Positions 1 to 8,166 of a DNA stretch of 11,584 nt are shown piece after piece. The stretch lies in NCBI GenBank assembly GCA_000004985.1, contig GG739008.1. One strand, 5' to 3'. The first letter of the stretch is position 1. Every line of letters starts with the position of its first letter. The position numbers and the translations under genes are program-made. Under the pieces are notes generated by a model that saw only the letters and a list, made by a program, of their open reading frames with translations, was not told the origin of the DNA and searched no databases. The DNA comes from Naegleria gruberi (lineage: Eukaryota).

Positions 1-1
1 T

Positions 2-406
2 TGGAGCGGACAAGAAATTGGAAATGCACTCGATGTGTACAGTTTCAGTATCATTATGTATGAACTGTTCTTTGAGGAGAAACCATTCTTTTCCAATTCT
101 CCTAAAATTCACAAATTTTCTCAATCACCACATCAAGATTCACTTGCATTATCCGTTCCAGTGATGGTGGTGAGGGGTGAACGTCCTAAAATTCCCTGGA
201 ATAACAATGAAGAATTGGAGGTGTGGTTGAGAGAGTTTATTGAACCATTTGAGAAGAAAAATTCTCTAGATCATGAAACTGTTTGTAACGTGTGTAGTGA
301 TTATGTGGAATTGATGAAGCAATGTTGGAATTCCATTCCAAGTAAGAGGCCTTCCTTCAGAGAAATAACACAGTATTTGGAAAAGATTTATTCAAAACTC
401 AAATAA
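2..406 (+). CDS. Protein kinase, C-terminal part of the catalytic domain (TKL/Tyr-kinase-like). The 5' end is outside the window. Stop TAA at 404-406.
   Basis: The frame is open from base 2: WSGQEIGNALDVYSFSIIMYELFF...KPF. This matches kinase subdomain IX (D-x-Y/W-S-F-G-I-x-x-W/YE). It ends with ...CW...P..RPSFREI, the subdomain XI motif seen in TKL/tyrosine-like kinases. AATAAA overlaps the stop. Confidence 0.7.
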   Translation, partial: WSGQEIGNALDVYSFSIIMYELFFEEKPFFSNSPKIHKFSQSPHQDSLALSVPVMVVRGERPKIPWNNNEELEVWLREFIEPFEKKNSLDHETVCNVCSDYVELMKQCWNSIPSKRPSFREITQYLEKIYSKLK

Positions 407-526
407 AATACTACCATTACACCAAAATAATAGTTCACGTAGAAACAGCTTTTGATGATGCTAAAGAAATAAGATAAACATCATGTTAAAATTCATTAAG
501 GGAATATTTTCATAATGAATAAGATT

Positions 527-598
527 CCCGTGTAGTCCAATGGCTAGGATACCTGGCTTTCACCCAGGAGGTCCGGGTTCAATTCCCGGCATGGGAGA
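527..598 (+). tRNA. tRNA-Glu, anticodon TTC (UUC). 72 nt, no encoded CCA.
   Basis: The cloverleaf was read directly. Acceptor TCCCGTG/CATGGGA has one G-U pair, discriminator G. D-stem GTCC/GGAT. Anticodon stem CCTGG/CCAGG with loop CTTTCAC. T-stem CCGGG/CCCGG with loop TTCAATT. The B-box-like GGTTCAATTCC is present and a T-run (tttt) lies about 5 nt downstream. Confidence 0.9.
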
Positions 599-741
599 AT
601 CATTTTAACTTTTCTTGAAATTGCATTCGACCCAACAGGACAACACAAAATCTCCAAAATTGGAAATTTCTTTCTCTTTTAAAATCGTAAACTAAAACTT
701 TAATTGTCCGTAATATCATTCATTCAAAATATTCCTCAGTA

Positions 742-1097
742 CTACTTTGAGTTTGGTTGCTTTCCCTTATTAGCTTCCTCTTGAGTTTGGTGTTCCTTCT
801 TTTCAAGATATTCCAATAAAAGTCGTTGAGACTCTGATGGGAAAAAGGTAATCTTGGCAGCTTTCCAAATGATATTCGGTAAAATTGCAACTACAACTAC
901 TAGTATCGTAGTCAAGGTAGCTTGCACACTCACAAAAGTTTCATAATAAATGTATAAACTCTCAGGATCTCCCAATTCATCTGCAATTGGAGAATAACAA
1001 GCATTGAATGCAAAGTAAAATAAAAAACCAAGTGGCATTAAGATTAAAACTGGAACTGTCAATGTTTTAATCTCCAAAATGTATATCAAAGTGACCA
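742..1097 (-). CDS. P4-type ATPase (phospholipid flippase), C-terminal fragment with the last two TM helices and cytosolic tail. Stop TAG at 742-744. The 5' part is lost in the N gap.
   Basis: Two hydrophobic helices are followed by ...ILPNIIWKAAKITFFPSESQRLLLEYLEKKE. This resembles the conserved P4-ATPase C-terminus (..LLPD..WK..K.T.F.P.....QE.E, as in ATP8A1 and Dnf1/Drs2). The frame stays open into the N run. Confidence 0.6.
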
Positions 1098-3382
1098 NNN
1101 NNNNNNNNNNNNNNNNNNNNNNNNNNNNNNNNNNNNNNNNNNNNNNNNNNNNNNNNNNNNNNNNNNNNNNNNNNNNNNNNNNNNNNNNNNNNNNNNNNNN
1201 NNNNNNNNNNNNNNNNNNNNNNNNNNNNNNNNNNNNNNNNNNNNNNNNNNNNNNNNNNNNNNNNNNNNNNNNNNNNNNNNNNNNNNNNNNNNNNNNNNNN
1301 NNNNNNNNNNNNNNNNNNNNNNNNNNNNNNNNNNNNNNNNNNNNNNNNNNNNNNNNNNNNNNNNNNNNNNNNNNNNNNNNNNNNNNNNNNNNNNNNNNNN
1401 NNNNNNNNNNNNNNNNNNNNNNNNNNNNNNNNNNNNNNNNNNNNNNNNNNNNNNNNNNNNNNNNNNNNNNNNNNNNNNNNNNNNNNNNNNNNNNNNNNNN
1501 NNNNNNNNNNNNNNNNNNNNNNNNNNNNNNNNNNNNNNNNNNNNNNNNNNNNNNNNNNNNNNNNNNNNNNNNNNNNNNNNNNNNNNNNNNNNNNNNNNNN
1601 NNNNNNNNNNNNNNNNNNNNNNNNNNNNNNNNNNNNNNNNNNNNNNNNNNNNNNNNNNNNNNNNNNNNNNNNNNNNNNNNNNNNNNNNNNNNNNNNNNNN
1701 NNNNNNNNNNNNNNNNNNNNNNNNNNNNNNNNNNNNNNNNNNNNNNNNNNNNNNNNNNNNNNNNNNNNNNNNNNNNNNNNNNNNNNNNNNNNNNNNNNNN
1801 NNNNNNNNNNNNNNNNNNNNNNNNNNNNNNNNNNNNNNNNNNNNNNNNNNNNNNNNNNNNNNNNNNNNNNNNNNNNNNNNNNNNNNNNNNNNNNNNNNNN
1901 NNNNNNNNNNNNNNNNNNNNNNNNNNNNNNNNNNNNNNNNNNNNNNNNNNNNNNNNNNNNNNNNNNNNNNNNNNNNNNNNNNNNNNNNNNNNNNNNNNNN
2001 NNNNNNNNNNNNNNNNNNNNNNNNNNNNNNNNNNNNNNNNNNNNNNNNNNNNNNNNNNNNNNNNNNNNNNNNNNNNNNNNNNNNNNNNNNNNNNNNNNNN
2101 NNNNNNNNNNNNNNNNNNNNNNNNNNNNNNNNNNNNNNNNNNNNNNNNNNNNNNNNNNNNNNNNNNNNNNNNNNNNNNNNNNNNNNNNNNNNNNNNNNNN
2201 NNNNNNNNNNNNNNNNNNNNNNNNNNNNNNNNNNNNNNNNNNNNNNNNNNNNNNNNNNNNNNNNNNNNNNNNNNNNNNNNNNNNNNNNNNNNNNNNNNNN
2301 NNNNNNNNNNNNNNNNNNNNNNNNNNNNNNNNNNNNNNNNNNNNNNNNNNNNNNNNNNNNNNNNNNNNNNNNNNNNNNNNNNNNNNNNNNNNNNNNNNNN
2401 NNNNNNNNNNNNNNNNNNNNNNNNNNNNNNNNNNNNNNNNNNNNNNNNNNNNNNNNNNNNNNNNNNNNNNNNNNNNNNNNNNNNNNNNNNNNNNNNNNNN
2501 NNNNNNNNNNNNNNNNNNNNNNNNNNNNNNNNNNNNNNNNNNNNNNNNNNNNNNNNNNNNNNNNNNNNNNNNNNNNNNNNNNNNNNNNNNNNNNNNNNNN
2601 NNNNNNNNNNNNNNNNNNNNNNNNNNNNNNNNNNNNNNNNNNNNNNNNNNNNNNNNNNNNNNNNNNNNNNNNNNNNNNNNNNNNNNNNNNNNNNNNNNNN
2701 NNNNNNNNNNNNNNNNNNNNNNNNNNNNNNNNNNNNNNNNNNNNNNNNNNNNNNNNNNNNNNNNNNNNNNNNNNNNNNNNNNNNNNNNNNNNNNNNNNNN
2801 NNNNNNNNNNNNNNNNNNNNNNNNNNNNNNNNNNNNNNNNNNNNNNNNNNNNNNNNNNNNNNNNNNNNNNNNNNNNNNNNNNNNNNNNNNNNNNNNNNNN
2901 NNNNNNNNNNNNNNNNNNNNNNNNNNNNNNNNNNNNNNNNNNNNNNNNNNNNNNNNNNNNNNNNNNNNNNNNNNNNNNNNNNNNNNNNNNNNNNNNNNNN
3001 NNNNNNNNNNNNNNNNNNNNNNNNNNNNNNNNNNNNNNNNNNNNNNNNNNNNNNNNNNNNNNNNNNNNNNNNNNNNNNNNNNNNNNNNNNNNNNNNNNNN
3101 NNNNNNNNNNNNNNNNNNNNNNNNNNNNNNNNNNNNNNNNNNNNNNNNNNNNNNNNNNNNNNNNNNNNNNNNNNNNNNNNNNNNNNNNNNNNNNNNNNNN
3201 NNNNNNNNNNNNNNNNNNNNNNNNNNNNNNNNNNNNNNNNNNNNNNNNNNNNNNNNNNNNNNNNNNNNNNNNNNNNNNNNNNNNNNNNNNNNNNNNNNNN
3301 NNNNNNNNNNNNNNNNNNNNNNNNNNNNNNNNNNNNNNNNNNNNNNNNNNNNNNNNNNNNNNNNNNNNNNNNNNNNNNNNNN
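1098..3382. other. Assembly gap, 2285 N. All ORF-track translations across it are artifacts.
   Basis: An uninterrupted run of n. Confidence 1.
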
Positions 3383-3403
3383 ATCTGATAGATGGCTCGA
3401 CAT
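3383..3403 (-). CDS. Candidate 5' end of the gap-interrupted flippase gene (MSSHLSD...). Tentative.
   Basis: The minus-strand ATG at 3403-3401 is in good context (acaaacATGtcg, A at -3) and opens a frame running into the gap. The same strand carries the flippase C-terminus at 742-1097. DNA upstream of 3403 looks intergenic. Confidence 0.25.
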
Positions 3404-4027
3404 GTTTGTATCGGTTGCAAGTTTAGGGAAATCAAACTAATCAAAGAATTATATTGATAAACGAATAGTCTGGCTGGGTAGAGAGAACCTCTTTCTTTTG
3501 ATTTTTTTTGAAAATGTCATTTTGATGGCGATAAATAGTTCTTGTCCAAGTTTTCATTGTCCGGTTTCAAAAGCGCTTTTTAGGTGCGCTCAAAGAATCG
3601 TATTGAGATTCAAAGCAAAAACATTTCAACATGCTTAAAAAACACACACCACAAAAAATACACAAAACAACACTATCTTCTTGCCTTTTAACAAGAAGTA
3701 TCTTTTTTTTTTCCTTCCACAACTTGTTGACCATCCACAATGGAGCAAATTTATAATTCTTTTTTTCTCCTTTACATTCTACAGTATTAAAAAAGACATA
3801 TTTTGGATGTATAAAGGAAAGTACATTGAGTATGAGTGGTTCTTGTTCAAACCATTCATAGGAGAGTGAAGAAGACATTTTTTTTCAATATTTATTTTTA
3901 ATAAGAAAAATTTCAATTCATTTGCTTATATTCTTAAATCAATTTGCTTAATCGATTGTAAATAAGCATATTCAATGAACTTTTCCTCATTGTTTTGCTT
4001 TAGCTTTGATAAAATTAAAATTTCAAA

Positions 4028-4108
4028 CGCAGACTGCAGGATTCGAACCTACGAAGGTTTCCCCAACAGATTTCAAGTCTGTCGCCTTAACCACTCGGCC
4101 AAGTCTGC
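4028..4108 (-). tRNA. tRNA-Ser, anticodon TGA (UGA). 81 nt with a long variable arm.
   Basis: The reverse complement reads GCAGACT TG GCCGAGTGGTTAAGGCG ACAGA CTTGAAA TCTGT TGGGGAAACCTTCGTA GGTTCGAATCC TGC AGTCTGC G. Acceptor GCAGACT/AGTCTGC. Anticodon loop CTTGAAA. The B box GGTTCGAATCC is perfect. A T-run follows downstream on the minus strand. Confidence 0.9.
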
Positions 4109-4288
4109 TACATTATCAGTAAAAAATATTTCATAAAAGGGAAAGGTATAGTGTGATTGGCGCCAAAAATTGCTACACTACGGAAATCAACTTGGTTGTA
4201 TGGGAAAGTTGGTTTTTAAAAATAAAAAAATACAATTCAGGTTTGCCTGTAAATTTGGATAATTAATAACTGAGGAAATACAAACAGG

Positions 4289-4291
4289 ATG
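4289..4291 (+). CDS. DNAL1: Putative exon 1 of the axonemal dynein light chain 1 gene. It is the ATG only, followed directly by donor GTAGGT.
   Basis: The conserved N-terminal frame (VFFLRDAVKSWEEK..) has no in-frame ATG. Upstream it is closed by TAA at 4348-4350. The ORF-track start at 4363 is TTG. caggATG|GTAGGT at 4289-4297 with an in-frame acceptor AG at 4352-4353 gives a 62-nt intron. Confidence 0.45.
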
Positions 4292-4353
4292 GTAGGTTTG
4301 GAAATGAACAATAAATTGATCTAAATGTTGAATTTTAATAATCGGAATAAAAG

Positions 4354-4944
4354 GTCTTCTTTTTGAGAGATGCTGTAAAGTCGTGGGAAGAAAAGAGTGG
4401 ACAAAAAGCTTCCGAAGCTGAACAAGTATTATTATATGGATGGGTTCCTCCAATTGAAAAGATGGACACTACTGTGTCTCAAATGAAAAATTGTAAAAGA
4501 TTAGCTCTCTCAACAAATTGTATAGACAGAATTGGTGGTTTGCAAGGATTGGTATCTTTGGAAATTTTATCACTGGCTAGAAATCAAATCAAGAGATTGG
4601 AAAATCTTGACGCTGTTGCACCAACTTTGGAACAATTGTGGTTGTCTTATAATAACTTGACATCATTAGCTGGTGTTGAAAAATTGAAGAAACTCAAAGT
4701 ATTATATTGTGGAAATAACAAGATTAGTTCTTGGTCTGAAATTGACAGACTGAAAGATCTCCCTGACTTGGAAGAAATTTTACTGACAGGTAATCCATTG
4801 GAAAAGAATACTAAGGATGCAGGTGAAAATTGGAGAATTGAAGTATTGAGAAGATTACCATCGTTAAAGAAACTGGACGGAAGACCATTTGATTTGGCAG
4901 AAAGAGAACAAGCTGAAGGTGTCAGAAAGGATATGGGCGAATAA
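4354..4944 (+). CDS. DNAL1: Dynein light chain 1, axonemal (LC1; leucine-rich repeat protein), main exon. Stop TAA at 4942-4944.
   Basis: ..SWEEKSGQKASEAEQVLLYGWVPPIEKMDTTVSQMKNCKRLALSTNCIDRI..LSLARNQIKRLENLDAV..TLEQLWLSYNNL..KLKVLYCGNNKISSW.EIDRL..LPDLEEILLTGNPLE...WRIEVLRRLPSLKKLDGRPF. This is colinear with human DNAL1 over its whole ~190 aa (WEEKTGQ..SEA, PPIEKMD, LSLSTNCIEKI, LSLGRN.I, LEELW.SYN, LKILY.SNN, GNPLEE, KLKKLDG). Confidence 0.85.
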   Translation, partial: VFFLRDAVKSWEEKSGQKASEAEQVLLYGWVPPIEKMDTTVSQMKNCKRLALSTNCIDRIGGLQGLVSLEILSLARNQIKRLENLDAVAPTLEQLWLSYNNLTSLAGVEKLKKLKVLYCGNNKISSWSEIDRLKDLPDLEEILLTGNPLEKNTKDAGENWRIEVLRRLPSLKKLDGRPFDLAEREQAEGVRKDMGE

Positions 4945-5930
4945 AAATTCAAAAGGAATCTTGTTAATTGTACGGTACAATCGTTCAATTTAATTCCTAA
5001 CCACTTTGTTAAGGTACCAACAAGGTCCTACCACATGGCAAACACCTTCATCTTTTTGATTCTTCATTGTCATTTGAAAAACTCTAAGGTAGATAAGGTT
5101 GAAACATTATTGTAATCATGATTCCTTCCACAAACATGTTAATATAACCAAGTCTCCTTTACAGTTTCAATCTACTGTACTTTTCACCAAATTAGTCCTG
5201 TTACTCCTTGACTGGACTTTGATTGGATCGGATTCGCTCATTTCCGGACTGTTACTCGAGACAAAATGCGCTTTCATCCTTTTTCTTAAAGATCTTTTTC
5301 ATTCATCATCAACAACAACTCATCAACAATTTACTCAACCATTCCACACACAAACAATGAAAAACAATGAATTCCACATTACACATTCCTGATCATTCCA
5401 TCATCATCTAAATGAGCCAACCAATTGTCCATATCAAGCATTTTTCAATGTGCTCCATTTCCACGCTTATTGAACATTCCTCAGTCTCTCGGCCAAACTT
5501 TGCCCACCACCACTGTACAGTAGATATTATTATTGTTTGACCTCCACACTCAGGAGACCAATTGAATAAATAACAACATTGTTTGCAGAGCAAATTTGCT
5601 CTTCTTCACTTTTCCGTAAGATAGGAGATGGAGAGTGGAGAAGAAGTTTGGAGGCGAGAAAATTCTTCAAACAAAAAACCCGAACACCACACCTCCAGAA
5701 GGCTCTCTTTTGGGCATTTTCATAAACTTTGAACAAGGACACACAATACACAATATTGGAGTGTTCAATCAATATATATTCATATTATAGATTGAAGAGT
5801 ACTACATTATCGGAAACATTTGTGTCAATCCGTATTATATTAACTCTCTCTACTATTTAAACTTTAAAGAGTTTCAGGTTACTAGTTTGTTTCTAACAAT
5901 TTTATATAACATCTGCACACAGAAGAAGAA

Positions 5931-7661
5931 ATGGAAAATTCGTATCAAAGTACTGCTGATTCAACTTCATCACCTGCAATTATAATTCCTCCTCTTGCTG
6001 GCCTTTCCTCTGTCAATCAAACAGATGACAATCAAGAAGTGCAGAATAATATTGCCTATCAATCACCAGGTAGCGAACCTTCCTCTCCAACCGGTCCTCC
6101 TTCCAAAAAGAAACCAAAACTATTGTGTGGCTGTATTCGAACTGATAGATATTTGGGTTTTATTGAACTGAAACCTGGTATTACGTGGGTTCATATTACT
6201 TGTTTCTATATTTTGGTTGTCATTTTGCTTAGTATGTTCGTATTTATTAATGCCATGTCAAGTTATGTTTTCGAAGCTTATCTGAGAGGTACTGTAAATA
6301 GAAAAGATCAAGGTAAATTGGCTGGTGACTTGTCGTTTTACAATGAATTGTGCATTTTGGCATTTGGCTTGATTTGGGGCGTGCTGACTGATATTTTGAG
6401 AGGTAGAAAGTTTGTGTACATGATTGGTTTCTTATTTATGGGAATTGGATTGTTCCTCTATACATTTGCTGAAACTATTTGGCAATTGATAATCTACAGA
6501 ATTATTTTTGCTATTGGTGCTGCCAGTACAAGTAGTATGTTAACTGCCATTGTTGGTGACTATGTCAAGAATAAGGATAGAGGTAAAGCATCTGGTTTGT
6601 TGGGATTGGCATCTGGTCTTGGTGCTGTTGTCTCTGCTTTGGCTTGTTTAAAGATTCCATTATGGATTCAAAGTGCTGATCCAACCATTTCAACAGGTCA
6701 AGCAGGTATGATTGCCTTTATGATTATGGCCTTCTTCTGTATTATTGCCATGTGTGCCTTAATGATCTTCTTCAAGGGAAGAATTTTCCCAATTTGTGAC
6801 TCTAAACAAGAACGTGAAGCAACCAGAAGAGAAATGGCTGAAAGTAGCGATTGTGAAGAAGAGGATGATGAAGAAAGATTCAACATTAAGAAATCCTTCA
6901 TCAGATTCAAAAATATCATTTGGGAAGGTTTATTTGTTGCTCCAGCAAAGAGACCATCTCTCATTCTTGCCTACATTTCTGGTTTCGTTGCTAGAGGTGA
7001 CTCTATTCTCATTACCACCTTTATTACATTGTGGGTCTCTCAACAAATGATTGACATTCATGATTCATCCAAGGCAGATGCTACTGCTAGAGGTGGTACT
7101 ATTTCTGGTATTTGTCAAACTTTTGCTCTCATTGCTGCTCCATTTGTTGGTATTTTTGCTGACTTGAGATTTAGAAGAAAGAAGAATCAAGATGTTGAAC
7201 AACAACCTGAACAAGAGGATGATTTCAAGACTGATTTTGTTAGAAAAATGTCGAGATTGATTGTTATGGCAATTGTCTCTGCAATTTCAGGTGTTGGTTA
7301 TACCATGTTATCTTTCCTCACTGATGTCACTGGTGGTTTTGTCTATTTACCAATTGCATTGATTGGTATTGGTGAAATTGGTGTCATTATTTGTTCTCAA
7401 ATCCTTGTCACTGCTGAATCACCAAGTAAGGTCAGAGGTAGCGTCAGTGGTATCTTTACTCTCTTTGGTGCTGCTGGTATTTTAGTGGCCACAAAGGTTG
7501 GTGGATATTTATTCGATGATTGGAAACCAAGTGGTCCATTCCTTTTCTATGGAGTTCTCAATTTTGCATTATTTATTATTTCTATCGGTTTCATTATTGC
7601 CCATGTTATTTACAGGTTCAAGGTTGGTAGAAACTCCAATAAAGGAGTTGACCTTAAGTAA
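5931..7661 (+). CDS. Major facilitator superfamily (MFS) transporter, 576 aa, intronless.
   Basis: An ATG-initiated ORF. About 12 hydrophobic segments fall into two bundles separated by a charged central loop (EREATRREMAESSDCEEEDDEERFNIKK). MFS motif A lies between TM2 and TM3 (GVLTDILRGRKF) and a second copy in the C-terminal half (GIFADLRFRRKK). The N-terminus is Ser/Pro-rich low complexity. Confidence 0.75.
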   Translation: MENSYQSTADSTSSPAIIIPPLAGLSSVNQTDDNQEVQNNIAYQSPGSEPSSPTGPPSKKKPKLLCGCIRTDRYLGFIELKPGITWVHITCFYILVVILLSMFVFINAMSSYVFEAYLRGTVNRKDQGKLAGDLSFYNELCILAFGLIWGVLTDILRGRKFVYMIGFLFMGIGLFLYTFAETIWQLIIYRIIFAIGAASTSSMLTAIVGDYVKNKDRGKASGLLGLASGLGAVVSALACLKIPLWIQSADPTISTGQAGMIAFMIMAFFCIIAMCALMIFFKGRIFPICDSKQEREATRREMAESSDCEEEDDEERFNIKKSFIRFKNIIWEGLFVAPAKRPSLILAYISGFVARGDSILITTFITLWVSQQMIDIHDSSKADATARGGTISGICQTFALIAAPFVGIFADLRFRRKKNQDVEQQPEQEDDFKTDFVRKMSRLIVMAIVSAISGVGYTMLSFLTDVTGGFVYLPIALIGIGEIGVIICSQILVTAESPSKVRGSVSGIFTLFGAAGILVATKVGGYLFDDWKPSGPFLFYGVLNFALFIISIGFIIAHVIYRFKVGRNSNKGVDLK

Positions 7662-7744
7662 AAACATAAAATTAACTTATTGAATCAAAATATCTTCTTT
7701 CACGTTATTTAACTCATATACTTATTAATAAGGGGTCAATTCAA

Positions 7745-8071
7745 TCAAACATTAGAATTTTCTGTTGGAATTGTTTGAGCTTTTTTAAACAATGATTTTT
7801 TCCTTCCAGAAGAAGTTTCACTCTGATTATTCAATTCTTTCACTGCTCTTGCAGATTCTGTAAATATTGGCTGATATAATAGAACAGTTACAATTCCAAA
7901 TGTTAAAATTCCAGCAGAATTGATGAAATTATAGAACAGTGTCATGTAACTCCAGTCATCCAAAGCTGTGGCACAACCGATCGCGATGATTTGTGACAGA
8001 GCAGAAAAAACAAGAGCCAACTGCAGTGTAATAACCTTAATGATTGGTCTTTGTGATTGTTGTTTGTTTGT
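7745..8071 (-). CDS. Unidentified multi-pass membrane protein, putative exon 2. Stop TGA at 7745-7747.
   Basis: An open frame (TNKQQSQRPIIKVITLQLALVFSALSQIIAIGCATALDDWSYMTLFYNFINSAGILTFGIVTVLLYQPIF...) with two or three hydrophobic helices. The in-frame acceptor ..caactaAG| at 8073-8072 precedes it. It is joined in frame to the upstream exon through the GTAAGT donor. Confidence 0.45.
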   Translation of the reverse strand, partial: TNKQQSQRPIIKVITLQLALVFSALSQIIAIGCATALDDWSYMTLFYNFINSAGILTFGIVTVLLYQPIFTESARAVKELNNQSETSSGRKKSLFKKAQTIPTENSNV

Positions 8072-8166
8072 CTTAGTTGCTCTTGTTTTAATTGTTTTCA
8101 AAACCTTGAAAGCAACAATCTTCATATTTCGAATAAATTTTTCTCCAATGAAAACTTTAAACTTAC

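Noticed and set aside
742-3444. ORF-track 'proteins' of 900, 778 and 769 aa (742..3444 -, 1067..3403 -, 1079..3388 +) consisting mostly of X.
   Set aside because: They run through the 2285-N assembly gap. N translates as X and cannot be a stop, so the ORFs are artifacts. Only the real sequence at their ends was interpreted.
3567-3878. Small overlapping ORFs (103 aa minus-strand, 62 aa plus-strand) in the AT-rich region after the big gap.
   Set aside because: They have low-complexity, Lys/Phe-rich translations typical of AT-rich non-coding DNA. There is no recognisable domain and they overlap on opposite strands. The region is more likely promoter or intergenic DNA of the minus-strand flippase gene.
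4363-4365. ORF-track start codons at 4363, 9400 and 8770 (MRDAV.., MIEKKMAS.., MPLIISS..).
   Set aside because: These 'M' residues are TTG, used by the ORF finder as an alternative start. TTG is not a eukaryotic nuclear initiator. The true starts were re-derived as ATG 9415 for the pyrophosphatase, a spliced ATG for DNAL1, and ATG 8719 for the membrane-protein gene.
4187-4988. Minus-strand ORFs 4187..4453 and 4647..4988.
   Set aside because: They are antisense to the well-supported DNAL1 gene and have no recognisable similarity.
5099-5772. ORFs of 97, 61 and 80 aa in the DNAL1 to MFS spacer.
   Set aside because: No homology that I recognise and no coding-like periodicity. The region as a whole is reported as a finding.
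5903-5909. TATATAA 22 bp upstream of the MFS ATG as a TATA box.
   Set aside because: TATA-like heptamers occur frequently by chance at this base composition, and the distance to the ATG is short. It cannot be separated from background without transcription-start data.
6698-7050. Short ORFs on both strands inside the MFS gene (6698..6964 -, 6796..7050 +) and inside the pyrophosphatase gene (9404..9613 +, 9451..9744 -, 9926..10129 +).
   Set aside because: These are alternative-frame or antisense ORFs nested in genes with strong homology support in another frame.
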